Positions 41,045 to 51,791 of a DNA stretch of 64,000 nucleotides are shown here, in pieces. The translations under genes were made by a program, and so were the position numbers. Under the pieces are notes generated by a model that was given only the letters and a program-made list of their open reading frames with translations, ran no database searches and was not told the origin of the DNA. The stretch lies in NCBI GenBank assembly GCA_000002445.1, contig CP000071.1:1088001-1152000 (forward strand), read 5' to 3'. Source of the stretch: Trypanosoma brucei. Its lineage: Eukaryota. Position 1 is the first letter of the stretch. Each line of letters begins with the position of its first letter.

Positions 41045-42856
41045 TCACACACAGTGCTCCTCTAAGCTGACAAGTGAGGCGCCGAGCGTCCACGCCGTCT
41101 CGTAACCGTCAATTTTCTTGGCGATGTGAAGCTCCTGATCAAGAGGGTAATGAAACCCATCGCGCAGCAACGCAACTACGTAGGACAGATGTAGACACTC
41201 CAATTCAGGCCTCAGCGAGGGGTGAACACTTACCTTCCCCTTATTTTCACGACGGAGTTGCTCCACCGATTTCATCGACTTGCAAACCTGGCTCGCGATA
41301 CCGATGATATCCTGCAGACGGATGACTGTTGTTCCTGCTGTCATGTGGGGCCTCAAGAGGTCGTGGTAGAATGAGAATGCATACACGGGTCCAGATACTG
41401 CAGTTCGCACATCGGGCTGAAAAACACCATTAAAGCCACAGCTTTTGCTACTACACTCGCCACCGGAGCGAACCACATGTTTCCGGAAGAGAGCTACACA
41501 CTCCTCCATGGATGGTGTTACACCTCCTCCTCCCACACCGTTGGAAACTCCACTCTTCTCATGAGCATATCCTTGTGGAAAGCATGGAAAAGCACGTAGT
41601 GGACCGGACTTTGCGGCAGTAGTTGTCCCCCCGGTTGCCACCGAAGTCGCCACAGAAGCTAGGAGTTGCTCTCTCGCGGCGTTCAATCCATTACCCTCGT
41701 AGCTGTGCTGATACAGCTTTATCGACTTGCCATTGATGGCAAACGTGTCTGTGAACTCCTCGTGGCCCTCAAGCACCTCTGGGTCATTCGGCCGCATTAC
41801 AACCTGCGTGGAGCCTCCGCCAAGGTCAAGTATAGTAGCCGTTTCCTTGGTACCACTTAGGCTCCCGATGAGGAAGTTAACCGTGAGCCACGCTAGCGGT
41901 CCCTCCTCACGTCCCTCAAGGATTCTCACAGACCCAAGCTCCGAGTGGACCCAAAACGGCCCCTTCTGGAACTCACGACGAACGGCGTCCAGCACTCTCC
42001 CGGCCTGTTCTGCACCAATGCGTCGCAGCCCTGCGGTCGCTTTCAGTTCAATACCTACACACGCGTGCATATCTGTTGGTACACGGGCTTTTGCTGCGTC
42101 GAGTAACGGCACCAAAGAGGCAGCAGCTCCTCTGGGATCGCTAAACCCCGACAGCGGCTCGTGGTTCTCAATGAAGAGTTCATCTTCCAGCTTCAAGTAG
42201 GGTAGCAACGAGGCATGCGCACCATTTGGTGCAGAATCTATGTTATCGTATGGGTTTGAGGTCAAGTTATACCTGTAAACGTGCACACGACTGCCAGTGC
42301 TACCAGCGTCAAACACAACACTGTATCGCCTTGGGGATTTGTTACACGCTGCCAATGACGGTGTCGTATCAGCTGCCTTTTTCAACCAACTTTCCGTTTG
42401 GTGTGTAAGACTGTCAATTAGATTGGCCGCCCGTTGGAGACTCACGGCGGCGCTACCAGTCATATTTCCTCCTCCGTCATTAACCGACGGACCTTCACCA
42501 TTGTTGGAGGTCGCATCTTTTCCTCCACATGACGCCGCCGGCTCCCCAGTGCGGCCCTTTCCTTCCTCAAGGAGTTTAAGTTTCTTCTTTAGCTCATCAC
42601 GATCCTCTTTCAGGCGCTTAAGTGTCCCCGCAGCCACCTTATGAGTGTTCCTCAACATCTCTTGTTGCGAAACACACCGTGAGTCACGCCCATCCGCATC
42701 TAAAGCGTGCTCATCCCTCGTAAGTGAATGGTACCGTGACAAACCAATGAAGTAGCCTGCGGCGTACAACAGTACCAACGTCAGTAACGTAAACAATGGA
42801 AAAATAACAAAAGGCGTCAAAAAGCGCGACTGCTTGGGGTGGTCTGAGTGCAACAT
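41045..42856 (-). CDS. GDA1/CD39-family nucleoside tri/diphosphatase (apyrase), type II membrane-anchored
   Basis: 603-aa ORF. N-terminal TM anchor FVIFPLFTLLTLVLLYAAGYFIGL, then a K/E-rich coiled stalk. Apyrase conserved regions VVFDAGSTGSRVHVY (ACR1), ATAGLR (ACR2) and LDLGGGSTQ (ACR4). Confidence 0.75.
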   Translation of the reverse strand: MLHSDHPKQSRFLTPFVIFPLFTLLTLVLLYAAGYFIGLSRYHSLTRDEHALDADGRDSRCVSQQEMLRNTHKVAAGTLKRLKEDRDELKKKLKLLEEGKGRTGEPAASCGGKDATSNNGEGPSVNDGGGNMTGSAAVSLQRAANLIDSLTHQTESWLKKAADTTPSLAACNKSPRRYSVVFDAGSTGSRVHVYRYNLTSNPYDNIDSAPNGAHASLLPYLKLEDELFIENHEPLSGFSDPRGAAASLVPLLDAAKARVPTDMHACVGIELKATAGLRRIGAEQAGRVLDAVRREFQKGPFWVHSELGSVRILEGREEGPLAWLTVNFLIGSLSGTKETATILDLGGGSTQVVMRPNDPEVLEGHEEFTDTFAINGKSIKLYQHSYEGNGLNAAREQLLASVATSVATGGTTTAAKSGPLRAFPCFPQGYAHEKSGVSNGVGGGGVTPSMEECVALFRKHVVRSGGECSSKSCGFNGVFQPDVRTAVSGPVYAFSFYHDLLRPHMTAGTTVIRLQDIIGIASQVCKSMKSVEQLRRENKGKVSVHPSLRPELECLHLSYVVALLRDGFHYPLDQELHIAKKIDGYETAWTLGASLVSLEEHCV

Positions 42857-43094
42857 GTGTTCAGTTTGCCCCTTTTACTCTTATTCTTACAAGCAACGAA
42901 ACCGAGAAAAAAAGTTACGCGTGCGGCACCGCAATACCGGATGTGCCGGAAACCCCTTCAGAAACAGAGCGGCTAGAGCAAATCACTTGAGCGCCGTCAA
43001 CCTGTGGTTAAGGGATGGGAACTAATAGGTGCAACCAAAGGCTCAATGGTGCGGTCGGATACGTGTCACACACCTTTTTGCTGTTCCCGTTTGA

Positions 43095-43130
43095 GTATAT
43101 CTATATATCTATATATCTATATAGATATAT
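43095..43130. repeat. (ATATCT)n-like imperfect repeat
   Basis: tatatctatatatctatatatctatatagatatat. Confidence 0.8.
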
Positions 43131-44714
43131 GGAAGTAAGAAAGGCAGTTCCAGGTTACAATAGGTTGCTACCTGATGGACCTCACTAATCTTTGCCGCGC
43201 GGTCAAATAGCAGTGGCGTGACGAGGCACCTATCGGAATGATGAAGTGTACGCACACAGCTGCAGATATGTTTTGTGCTATGGGGACGCGAAGGGGAAAA
43301 ACAAGCAGGGGTGGAGCAAAGAGGGAAAAATTTTAAAACACGAGACCACACGGAAAGGTTCACATGTAAAGGAAAATGAAGGTCACAGTGATATGTGGGC
43401 CACCACCAAAGCGAACAAAAAGCCGGGGACAAAAAGAAAGGATTGATGGAAAGCCAAACGTATACAATTAAGCAGTAAACATTGTAGGTTGAACCGTCGA
43501 GCCTTACAGAGGCGTAGAAGCGCACCGCTGCAGATGTGCATTCATCCTCAGATATGGTTTCGGCTGGGGACATGGGCAGTTTGGACACACGTATGGTGTG
43601 CCGTAGGTGAAAAAAGAGGTTGTCTCATCGTAAACTCGTTTGCCTGCAGCTCACCTTCACCTCCCCACACCCTTTCCCCCCCATCACGTGGAGGAGGACC
43701 GTTAGTTGCACCGATAAGCAACACTACGGCAGAATCGCTACGCAAAATGGCACCGGTACGGTACCCCACGCAACGCAGATATGCGCAGTTGGTGACGAAA
43801 TAGCTCCAGGTCCTAAGGAGAGTGAGGTGAAGCGGATAAATAGGCGCAACTGAACTCTACAACGGTACACAAAATAGGCACATGTCGTGCTACTACAAGC
43901 AAAGAAACAATAACATGCCCTTCCCTAAACGTGTGTTTCCGTCGCTGCATTTTTTGCGTGTCATCCTTCCCCCCTCTCAGCCTCGTAAAAATATTCGTTT
44001 GTAAACCCTCGTGGTACTATCTGAAAGACCATTATCTTCCAAATTGGTGCCCCTCTCCCTCCTCATCCCACGACACGACTTGATCACTTTTTCTTTTTCT
44101 TTTTCAGCCTTCGCCCCTTCTACGCCTTCGCTTACCCCACGTTTAGTGGTGCCTTTACGCAAACACACACAAACCTGCCGGTGCCACCTGCTACCTTCAG
44201 CGCAGTCGCCGCCATCCGCCTTCGAATGCCCCCCAACGCACTTTCTTATGTTACCCATCAACACATTGCCACTATGGCCGTCGTCTCAAATGGTGGGCTC
44301 GGCGCACCCACGTCTCGCAGCGAGAAGAGATCACGAGCGTAAGCGGCAACGAAATAAAACAGCAACCGCTTACAAGTACTAGTTGGAGACGAGATTGCAA
44401 GCAGATCCGTAACCACAAGACGCGCACGCTCAAAATTGCAACAAATGGAGGTATTGTCCATTGTTACACCCGCATACTGTCCGCAGGGAGAAAACAGAAA
44501 GTAAAACATCATTATGCTACAGACGAGGACAGACGCAGGAGTCATCCCTCCTTCCCATCAAGATTTCAGCTCGTGTATATGACTACCGCAGCGCATGCGA
44601 ATTTCCCCTCTAAGATTACGATACCCAAACGTGCAAACCACGATCGTTACAACAGTGGTCGTAAGTCACCTTCACATCGCTCATTCCTTCATTAATTTAG
44701 AAAATAAAAACGTT

Positions 44715-45887
44715 CTACGGGTCTCCGAATGTGCGGCGACCGCTCTCCCGTTCAGCCTCCGCTCGCATGATGCGCCGCTCAAGTTCATTACGCTTCTCAA
44801 TGTACCGCTCGCCCTGTTCATAGGCTTCGCGTTGTATAGCCTCCACTACTGAAACCTCATGCCTCAAATATTGTAGAATCTCCTGGTGGTCTCCACTGTC
44901 CACGCGACGATGCAATTGTGAATGAGTGCCAACACTTGAAACCGCAGACGATCCGGTGATGTCGGGAGTGGTAACAAGAGATGAATCGACGCAGGGGCCC
45001 GTACCGGCATCTGCGGAAGAGTGCACAAGAGAGTGTCGGAAACTGCCGCCACAACTTGTGGACTGTGTTTGAAGACGGTCGACAAACTCCTGCATTTGCT
45101 GAAGTGAAGAGTGCTCCGAAAGAAGGCTGTCCAAATGCTGCCGCTGACTTTGAAGCCTCACCAGCTGCTCGTTCATCGATGCCAGCGTTACTTCCTCCTC
45201 GCGTTGCAGCCGGCGCTCCAGGCTTAAGCTGCTGGCCTTTAGATCCATAAGTTTCTGCGCTTGCTCCGACTTCAACGCCTCCTCCCTATGCAATCTAACC
45301 TCCAGTTGGGCCTTCTGGCGGCGAACCTTATCCACCCGGCGCATCAGCTGATTTGTTATGCTCTCCCCTTCCCTTTCCGCAGCCTTGTATGTTTCCCTCA
45401 TACCCTCGTGCAACTTTGCCACATCCTCACGCTCACGGATAATGGTGCTTCGCAGCTTACGAATCCTAGTTCGAAGGTCGAGAACAGCGTCGCAGAGCTC
45501 TGCCCGGGACATTGTAAGAGCCGCCGCCTCCGCCTCTGCAGTCATATGCTCGAAGTCCACGAGTGACGACGTTTCTTCATCGCTTCTTGTTCCACCAGTT
45601 TGCCTACCGCTTCCACAATTGTTCCTCCTCTCGCCACGTCGCCCCGATAGCGGCAAGGTGTGAATGTCCAGAAGCGAAAGCAATATCGGTGCACCCGTCT
45701 CGACACTTGTCCCAGTCATGGAAGAATGAGCAGAACGACGCGTTGGGGTGTGAAGGAGACTACTATGAAGATGCCTGGAGGGTCGAGCGGATGTGGGGAC
45801 CGCCGATGCGCTGTTACTGATGGTCCCAAGGAGAGAGGGGTTCCGCACAGGAGAAATGGAACCGGAGCAATTCATACTTGCTCTCAT
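44715..45887 (-). CDS. Coiled-coil hypothetical protein
   Basis: 390-aa ORF. S/T-rich N-terminus, then long heptad-like segments: LRTRIRKLRSTIIREREDVAKLHE...QLEVRLHREEALKSEQAQKLMDLK...ERRLQREEE...LVRLQSQRQHLDSL. The start codon is uncertain. Confidence 0.45.
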   Translation of the reverse strand: MRASMNCSGSISPVRNPSLLGTISNSASAVPTSARPSRHLHSSLLHTPTRRSAHSSMTGTSVETGAPILLSLLDIHTLPLSGRRGERRNNCGSGRQTGGTRSDEETSSLVDFEHMTAEAEAAALTMSRAELCDAVLDLRTRIRKLRSTIIREREDVAKLHEGMRETYKAAEREGESITNQLMRRVDKVRRQKAQLEVRLHREEALKSEQAQKLMDLKASSLSLERRLQREEEVTLASMNEQLVRLQSQRQHLDSLLSEHSSLQQMQEFVDRLQTQSTSCGGSFRHSLVHSSADAGTGPCVDSSLVTTPDITGSSAVSSVGTHSQLHRRVDSGDHQEILQYLRHEVSVVEAIQREAYEQGERYIEKRNELERRIMRAEAERESGRRTFGDP

Positions 45888-47130
45888 TATGCTTCCCCTG
45901 GGGGTAGTAGCAGTTGCTGCAGTTCAGCCTGAGTTTAGAGTGACTAATGCCACCAGTGGAAGGTAATTCGAACGCAACTGCCACAGTGAACACACAACGT
46001 CCTCGAGTACTCCCGATTCGGCACACTTATGGGTTGTTCAAGCACCGTCAACAGAATCTATACGAGTACTTGCACCTCTCGAAGCTATTCAAGACTGCCA
46101 ATTATGCGTGTGCTAAGGACTTGCCGATTCAATAGAACTACAAATACCTGAAGTAAGCTTTCCCTCCGGTTACTCTTGCAGGTCCTTTTAGTACGCAGCG
46201 TTCCTTATTGTAATTTACCTCCGCACCAACACCAAATATGCGGTACTCCGTCTCCACACACCTTTTCTGCTAAACGTACCTTTTCACGGTGTTTCCCCCT
46301 ACACCCCTTTTCTTTACTTCTCACGTACTTAGCTAACTAAACGTTGTCCTCTTCACCTTTCTCCTCTAACCGTACCAAATCAGACACACTGTTTGTAAAA
46401 GAAAACTGGGAGACCATAAAATGGGCATAGGACAGAACAATAACAACAACAGCAATACATCCGCGCACACAAGTGACATAGGCTTCAATTCTGTTCACTT
46501 ATCGGTCTGCACAAAAAAATAATTATATATAAATAAATATATATATGTTGGTGTGACGCGAACAGACGATGTGATGAATGGTGAGTGACTCGTCGGTCAG
46601 TCTGTATGGGTGGATATAGGAGATCACTTAACAGCATTACACACATGCATATAAACACTCACATTCACCCTTTTACGTGATGTATTCCCTTCCCCATTTT
46701 ATGCTTCTCTTTTGCCTTTTTCCTCTTTAATTTTTTTAATTAATGCTTACTCACTTCACTTCACTTTCTTTTTTGTTTCCCTTAGCCCTTTAACGTTCCC
46801 CTACGAATTAAAATCTGTGCGCGCGTAGGATCACTTTCATTCATTTTTGTTTTCCACATGCTCCAGTAATCCGTCACTCGTTCTTCGTTTTGTTTCCCCC
46901 CACTTTCTTACTTCTCATTTCCCCATGCTTATAATCTTCCACATTATTTTAGGGGTTCCCAGTTCCTTAGCCGTTTCCCGTTTCGTTTGTAAGTCAAACC
47001 GGTTTGTTCTTTACACAAACAGATAAATAAAATTAAAACAAATAGTAAAATAACTGTTGCGAAGCAGTGGACAAGAAACCAATGGTAAAATAAACAAAAC
47101 ATGGAAAGACAAAAATTAAAAACAAACACA

Positions 47131-47151
47131 GATATATATATATATATATAT
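47131..47151. repeat. (TA)10 microsatellite. Adjacent (CAAA)n-like tract at 47231..47292 and (CACCT)4-(ATTTT)n at 47390..47440.
   Basis: Direct reading. Confidence 0.85.
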
Positions 47152-49298
47152 TAAAAGAAAAAGTAGCTGGCTTCAACGCACGGCACGAACAAAATCATCA
47201 CACACGCGAACACTTTACAATATTTCTCTCCCCCCACCCACAAACAAACAAACGAACAAACAAACACACACAAACAAACGCACACAAACAAATGCACCTT
47301 CTCACCACCTCCCGTCTCATCCCACTTATTTCCCAGAAATTGCACTCGTTTGTACTCCCGCCCTGCTCATACCGTCCCAACAAATGTTTCACCTCACCTC
47401 ACCTCACCTCATTTTATTTTATTTTATTTCATTTCGTTTTACACTTCTCCCGCTTCCCTTTTTTTAAAAAAAAATTTATAACATCATAGGGAAATCTCTC
47501 CAACGGAGTGAAGTTTACGGAATAGAAGAACTGTAAGCGGCCGAGTAAACGAAAGAAAAATGGAGGTTATGTTAAGTGGTCGGCATCATGAAAGAGGAGG
47601 GGGGAGATTATGTGAAGGAATAGAAAGGAAAACAACAACAATCTCCTCACATAAAAGAACGGTAGTAAGCAGCAGACGGGGAAGCGGATATATCAGGGGG
47701 GAACAAGTAAAAAAGTAAATAAATATAAATTTATTTACATATAAATATGTATGGATGATGTCCAAGTACAACAACGGCGCGAGCCATAAAAGAAAGAATT
47801 GGTAGAAACGCCCCGTATTTGCGTGCGTATGCTCGCGCGTAAATGGCGGTAGATGAACAAACAAACAAAAAAAGAAGGCAAAAGGCATCGGGCCGGCGCA
47901 CCCATACGGTAACCGTTATGGATAAGGGAAACAAGCACCTCTACACGCTGCAACGTTTTGTTGAACCTTCCCGTTGACCGGACCCAATTTTACTTTTTTC
48001 TCTCTTTTTGAATATACCTTTGGTGCAGTGTAGCACTTTTACCGGCGTGCTCCGGTTTGGTCTCCTTTCACACCCACTTCCTTTCAGTAACATACCTTTC
48101 ATTTTCCCATCTTCTTTCGTTCTGTATTATATCCCTCGTCTTCTCCTCTCCCCCTTTCTTTCCTCTTTCCTCTCACTTCATTCCTTCAAATGTGAAAGTA
48201 AAGCTAGAGGGGGAAAACAAAAGGAAGAAAAAAGGACAATCCGAGGCCCATATAAAATAAAATAAAAAATAAGAACGAAAGTAGGAAAGATATATATATA
48301 TATATATATTTCGTTTAATTCTTGTTCAAAAAACGAAAACGAAAAGGCGAAAGATGATGAACAAACGGAAGGGGTTGAACATGAGATACGCACGTATACA
48401 TTAATATAAATATATATATGTACATATATTCATAATGATAGTGATATATGGTAGAGGTGAGGAGAGCGCGTGCCCCGCCTCCCCCCTCTCGAACTCATAC
48501 ACCCACTTCCTCCAAATGGATGAAAAAAATGGCACAATTGGCGTTGAACGCGCTTCAAGTATCTGATGATCCCTTTAATTGGCTGTTTCTCTTTCCCCCT
48601 CCCTTTTCTTTTAAGAAACAAAACACGACTGATTCGTTCTTTTTCACTGACGGTATCGTTGCTACAATGAATCTTAAAGTACCCTCTTCTGTTGCCTCTT
48701 CGTCTTGATCCTTATACCGTTATTTACCCGTATGAATTCAATATACATTCCCCTTCCACATAGGCACACACGCGCATACACAGACGAATGAGAACTGCAT
48801 AGGTTTTATCACTCCAACGCAACTAAAAGAACAAATGAAACACTTTTCTTTCTTTTCCCATTGAGCACACTGTTCGTGTTTAAAACAAAACAAAAATGAA
48901 CAAAAGAAGGCTCAGGTGATGTCGTCTGAGGGTCACCCCACTCTTTTTTTTTCTTGTTGCCAACACGCAGCCTACCACCCACTTTCCGTCTTGTATATTC
49001 TCATCCCCCTTTTTTGTCATTACTAATACTGGCGTGGTTAACTTCCATGCTGGCATGACCCGGAGACCAATTTCAAGAAGGAAAAAGGGAAAACAGAACA
49101 GGGAAGTGTGTTGCCTTCAATAATAGAACCCCGCTTTCCATTTCCCCTCTTCCCCCCTTTCCCCGTTCTCTCATTTTTAATTGTTTACAACAAAATAAAA
49201 ATAAATAGAGGCGCAAGTTGTCCCACAAACTCTGTAGCAATGGTTTATATAAACAATGGCTAGCAAGACACAAGATTGAAAACAAACCATATAGGCGC

Positions 49299-49397
49299 AT
49301 ATATATAAATATATATATATATAAATATATGTGATCATACGCAATCAAAATGAGCAATATAACGAGAGTGGTGCATATATATATATATATATATATA
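49299..49397. repeat. Two (TA)n tracts (49299-49330 imperfect, 49375-49397 perfect) just downstream of the proline-rich gene
   Basis: Direct reading. Confidence 0.85.
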
Positions 49398-49476
49398 CAG
49401 ACACGCACACATACATATTAAACCTACTTTACAACCGGTTCCCCTCCTTCGGCTTTGGCCATACGGTGGAGCCCCT

Positions 49477-50496
49477 TTACTTTCCCCTGTTCCTTTGATA
49501 ATTAGACTCAACAGCATCCTCGTAAGGGTAAGGTGGGGGCGGCTGGACGTGGACTGGAGCCGCCGGTGACTTCATGCACGCACTCATGAAGGTGTACGTA
49601 CCGCCTCCGCGCACACCTTCTGTACCAGCGACTCCAGCTACGCCACAGCTCAGAATGTGGCTCCCACCGACACCAGCACCACTTGCTAATGGGGTGTTGT
49701 ACGCACCAGGCACCTTCGTTGCAGCGCCCAAATCTTCGCCTGCCTGCTGAACAGCTGTGCAGAGGGGCGGCAGCGTAGCCGGTGGTAAAGCACAACCCGT
49801 CATGGGTGTCATGGGTGTGGTAACAGCCACGGGCGGAGTGTACGGCGGGGTCGGTTTGGTAACAGGCTGTAGCATAAACACACCGTATTGGTTGCGGACG
49901 AGAATGGGATCGTGTTGAGCTGCCGGCATCTGGGGAGCAAAACGCGAGCCGAGCGGTGACATGTCAACAGGCATGCCAGAGAGCGGTGGCGTTGTGGCAA
50001 TGGCCACAGCAAACGATGGCGGCGGATGGCCATTGTGTGGTGTAGTGGTGTAGCTGTAAGGACTATTCGCGGGCTGGGGAGAAGAGCCATAAACCGGTGG
50101 CGGCACGTAACCGCGGGATGACAGTCCATGAGACTCTTCGACGGTGAATCCACCAACAATTCCGGAGGCACCAGCACCTTTTCCGTCGCTGTTATCAGCG
50201 TTGGCGCCCGAAATGGCACTAGGGGGGAGCAGATTATTCGCCGAACAGGCTTCCTCATCGTCGTCAGAGCCGCACTCCTGTTCCATGTCGTTTATGATAC
50301 GCATATAGACGGCTTTTTCATCTGCTGTCTCCGGGGGTTGTCCGCTTCCCACGAAAGGTGATGTGCCGAAGCCCGGGAGCGTGCTTGGTGATACATCGTC
50401 CTCTACCAATCGGGCCGCGGAGATCTCGGTCTCTGGACTCAAATCTGGTGAATTGAATGATGCCGGGTTCCACTCAGCATCAGAAGATCGATTCAT
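49477..50496 (-). CDS. Proline-rich hypothetical protein with C-terminal PPPYPY (PY-like) motif
   Basis: 339-aa ORF with an acidic N-terminus (SDDDEEACS). About 200 aa are P/T/A/G-rich (YVPPPVYGSSPQPANSPYSY, PPYTPPVAVTTPMTPMTG). It ends HVQPPPPYPYEDAVESNYQRNRGK. Confidence 0.45.
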   Translation of the reverse strand: MNRSSDAEWNPASFNSPDLSPETEISAARLVEDDVSPSTLPGFGTSPFVGSGQPPETADEKAVYMRIINDMEQECGSDDDEEACSANNLLPPSAISGANADNSDGKGAGASGIVGGFTVEESHGLSSRGYVPPPVYGSSPQPANSPYSYTTTPHNGHPPPSFAVAIATTPPLSGMPVDMSPLGSRFAPQMPAAQHDPILVRNQYGVFMLQPVTKPTPPYTPPVAVTTPMTPMTGCALPPATLPPLCTAVQQAGEDLGAATKVPGAYNTPLASGAGVGGSHILSCGVAGVAGTEGVRGGGTYTFMSACMKSPAAPVHVQPPPPYPYEDAVESNYQRNRGK

Positions 50497-51791
50497 TCTC
50501 TGATTTGTGCGCCTTGTTACACCTACTAACCTCCACCCAGAAACTCACCTTTCGACTCTCACAAGTGCGATACGAGGCAATCTCTTTCCTCGGAGACAGG
50601 TGTGCAGTCGTTCAACGGTTAAGGGGCTCTACTTGCCGTCAGGCGAAGTGTTGTTCTTTCCTGAACAAAGCAAAATAAGTTCCCCTGACCCTGGTACCTG
50701 TTTGCAGCGACTCGGTTAACTGGTACTCTGTTGATCTTAAGTTGTTACCGATTTGCCCTTTTCCTGCACCCTTCTTCTTGCAACGTTTCTCAGTCCGAAG
50801 ACGGTGGTGCTTTTATTCCTTGATTTCCCCTTTCTTATTTCTATTGTTGGGTACTCTAGTCTGCGACAACCGTTTTCTTATTCACTAGCTTTTCTATCAA
50901 AGGGAGGAGCCGAACAATATCCTTCACAATCCGATTCCTCTTCTTTTCGCTGATCTTTTATTTTTATTCTCTCAGTCAATTTCCAACTTGTGTATCTGGA
51001 GGTGAACGAATCGTCGGCAATAATTGAAATCGGTCACGCGCGGCACGTGCCCTCTGATTGACACTTATAAATCCCAACCCAATGATTTTTTTTTACGGTG
51101 GTTACTTGGTCAAAGATGAGGTGGGGCGAGGGCGTGTTAGTGACATATGTATATGTATACAGACACACGAAAAAAAAAAAAGAAAAGCAGTGACATGACG
51201 CACACAAGGGGAAAATGGGGGAGGGAGAAACAACTGTACACGGCGCTGAAGACAGCGGATTCGAGGGGATTTGCCAATGGGAGGAAGAGAAATAAATCCA
51301 GCGGAACACGGCGTGAACAATGAATTGCGGAGCCCCTCCTCCTTTCCTTCATTCTGTCAATGATGGTGAAGACACCGGTGGTAGCAGCCACCGTTAAAAA
51401 AAATAAAATGACATACCACCGCGCCAGTCCCGATGCGCCAATTAGGGTCAGCAACACTATTCTTGGTATGATGACAGCCACAAGACAGTTCGTCCGCCAA
51501 AAGAAGTGGACCAGTAAGCAGGCTTTAACTCTTACTGAGTTCTTTTATCTCTCCCCATGTGTTTATTTCCTTCACCAGCTCCACACACAAACAGTGCGAC
51601 AGCCTTCGCAAACGCTTTGAGGGTGGTGACGCCGCACGACCAAATGGATCTGTTGGTGCGGATAAAAGCGCTAAAATGTTAAAGCAGTCATTCTGGGGCG
51701 CACACTCAAGCCGTCACAAAACAACAAGATGCGTTGCGAGAGACACTAAACGGTGCAACCATAACAACCGCAACGTTCCCCCTCATCGGGA

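Noticed and set aside
43109-43588. 159-aa minus-strand ORF in the 42.9-44.7 kb spacer as a real gene
   Set aside because: No recognisable motif, W/C/F-rich odd composition, and it overlaps the (ATATCT)n repeat at its 3' end. It is kept only as part of the possible-pseudogene finding.
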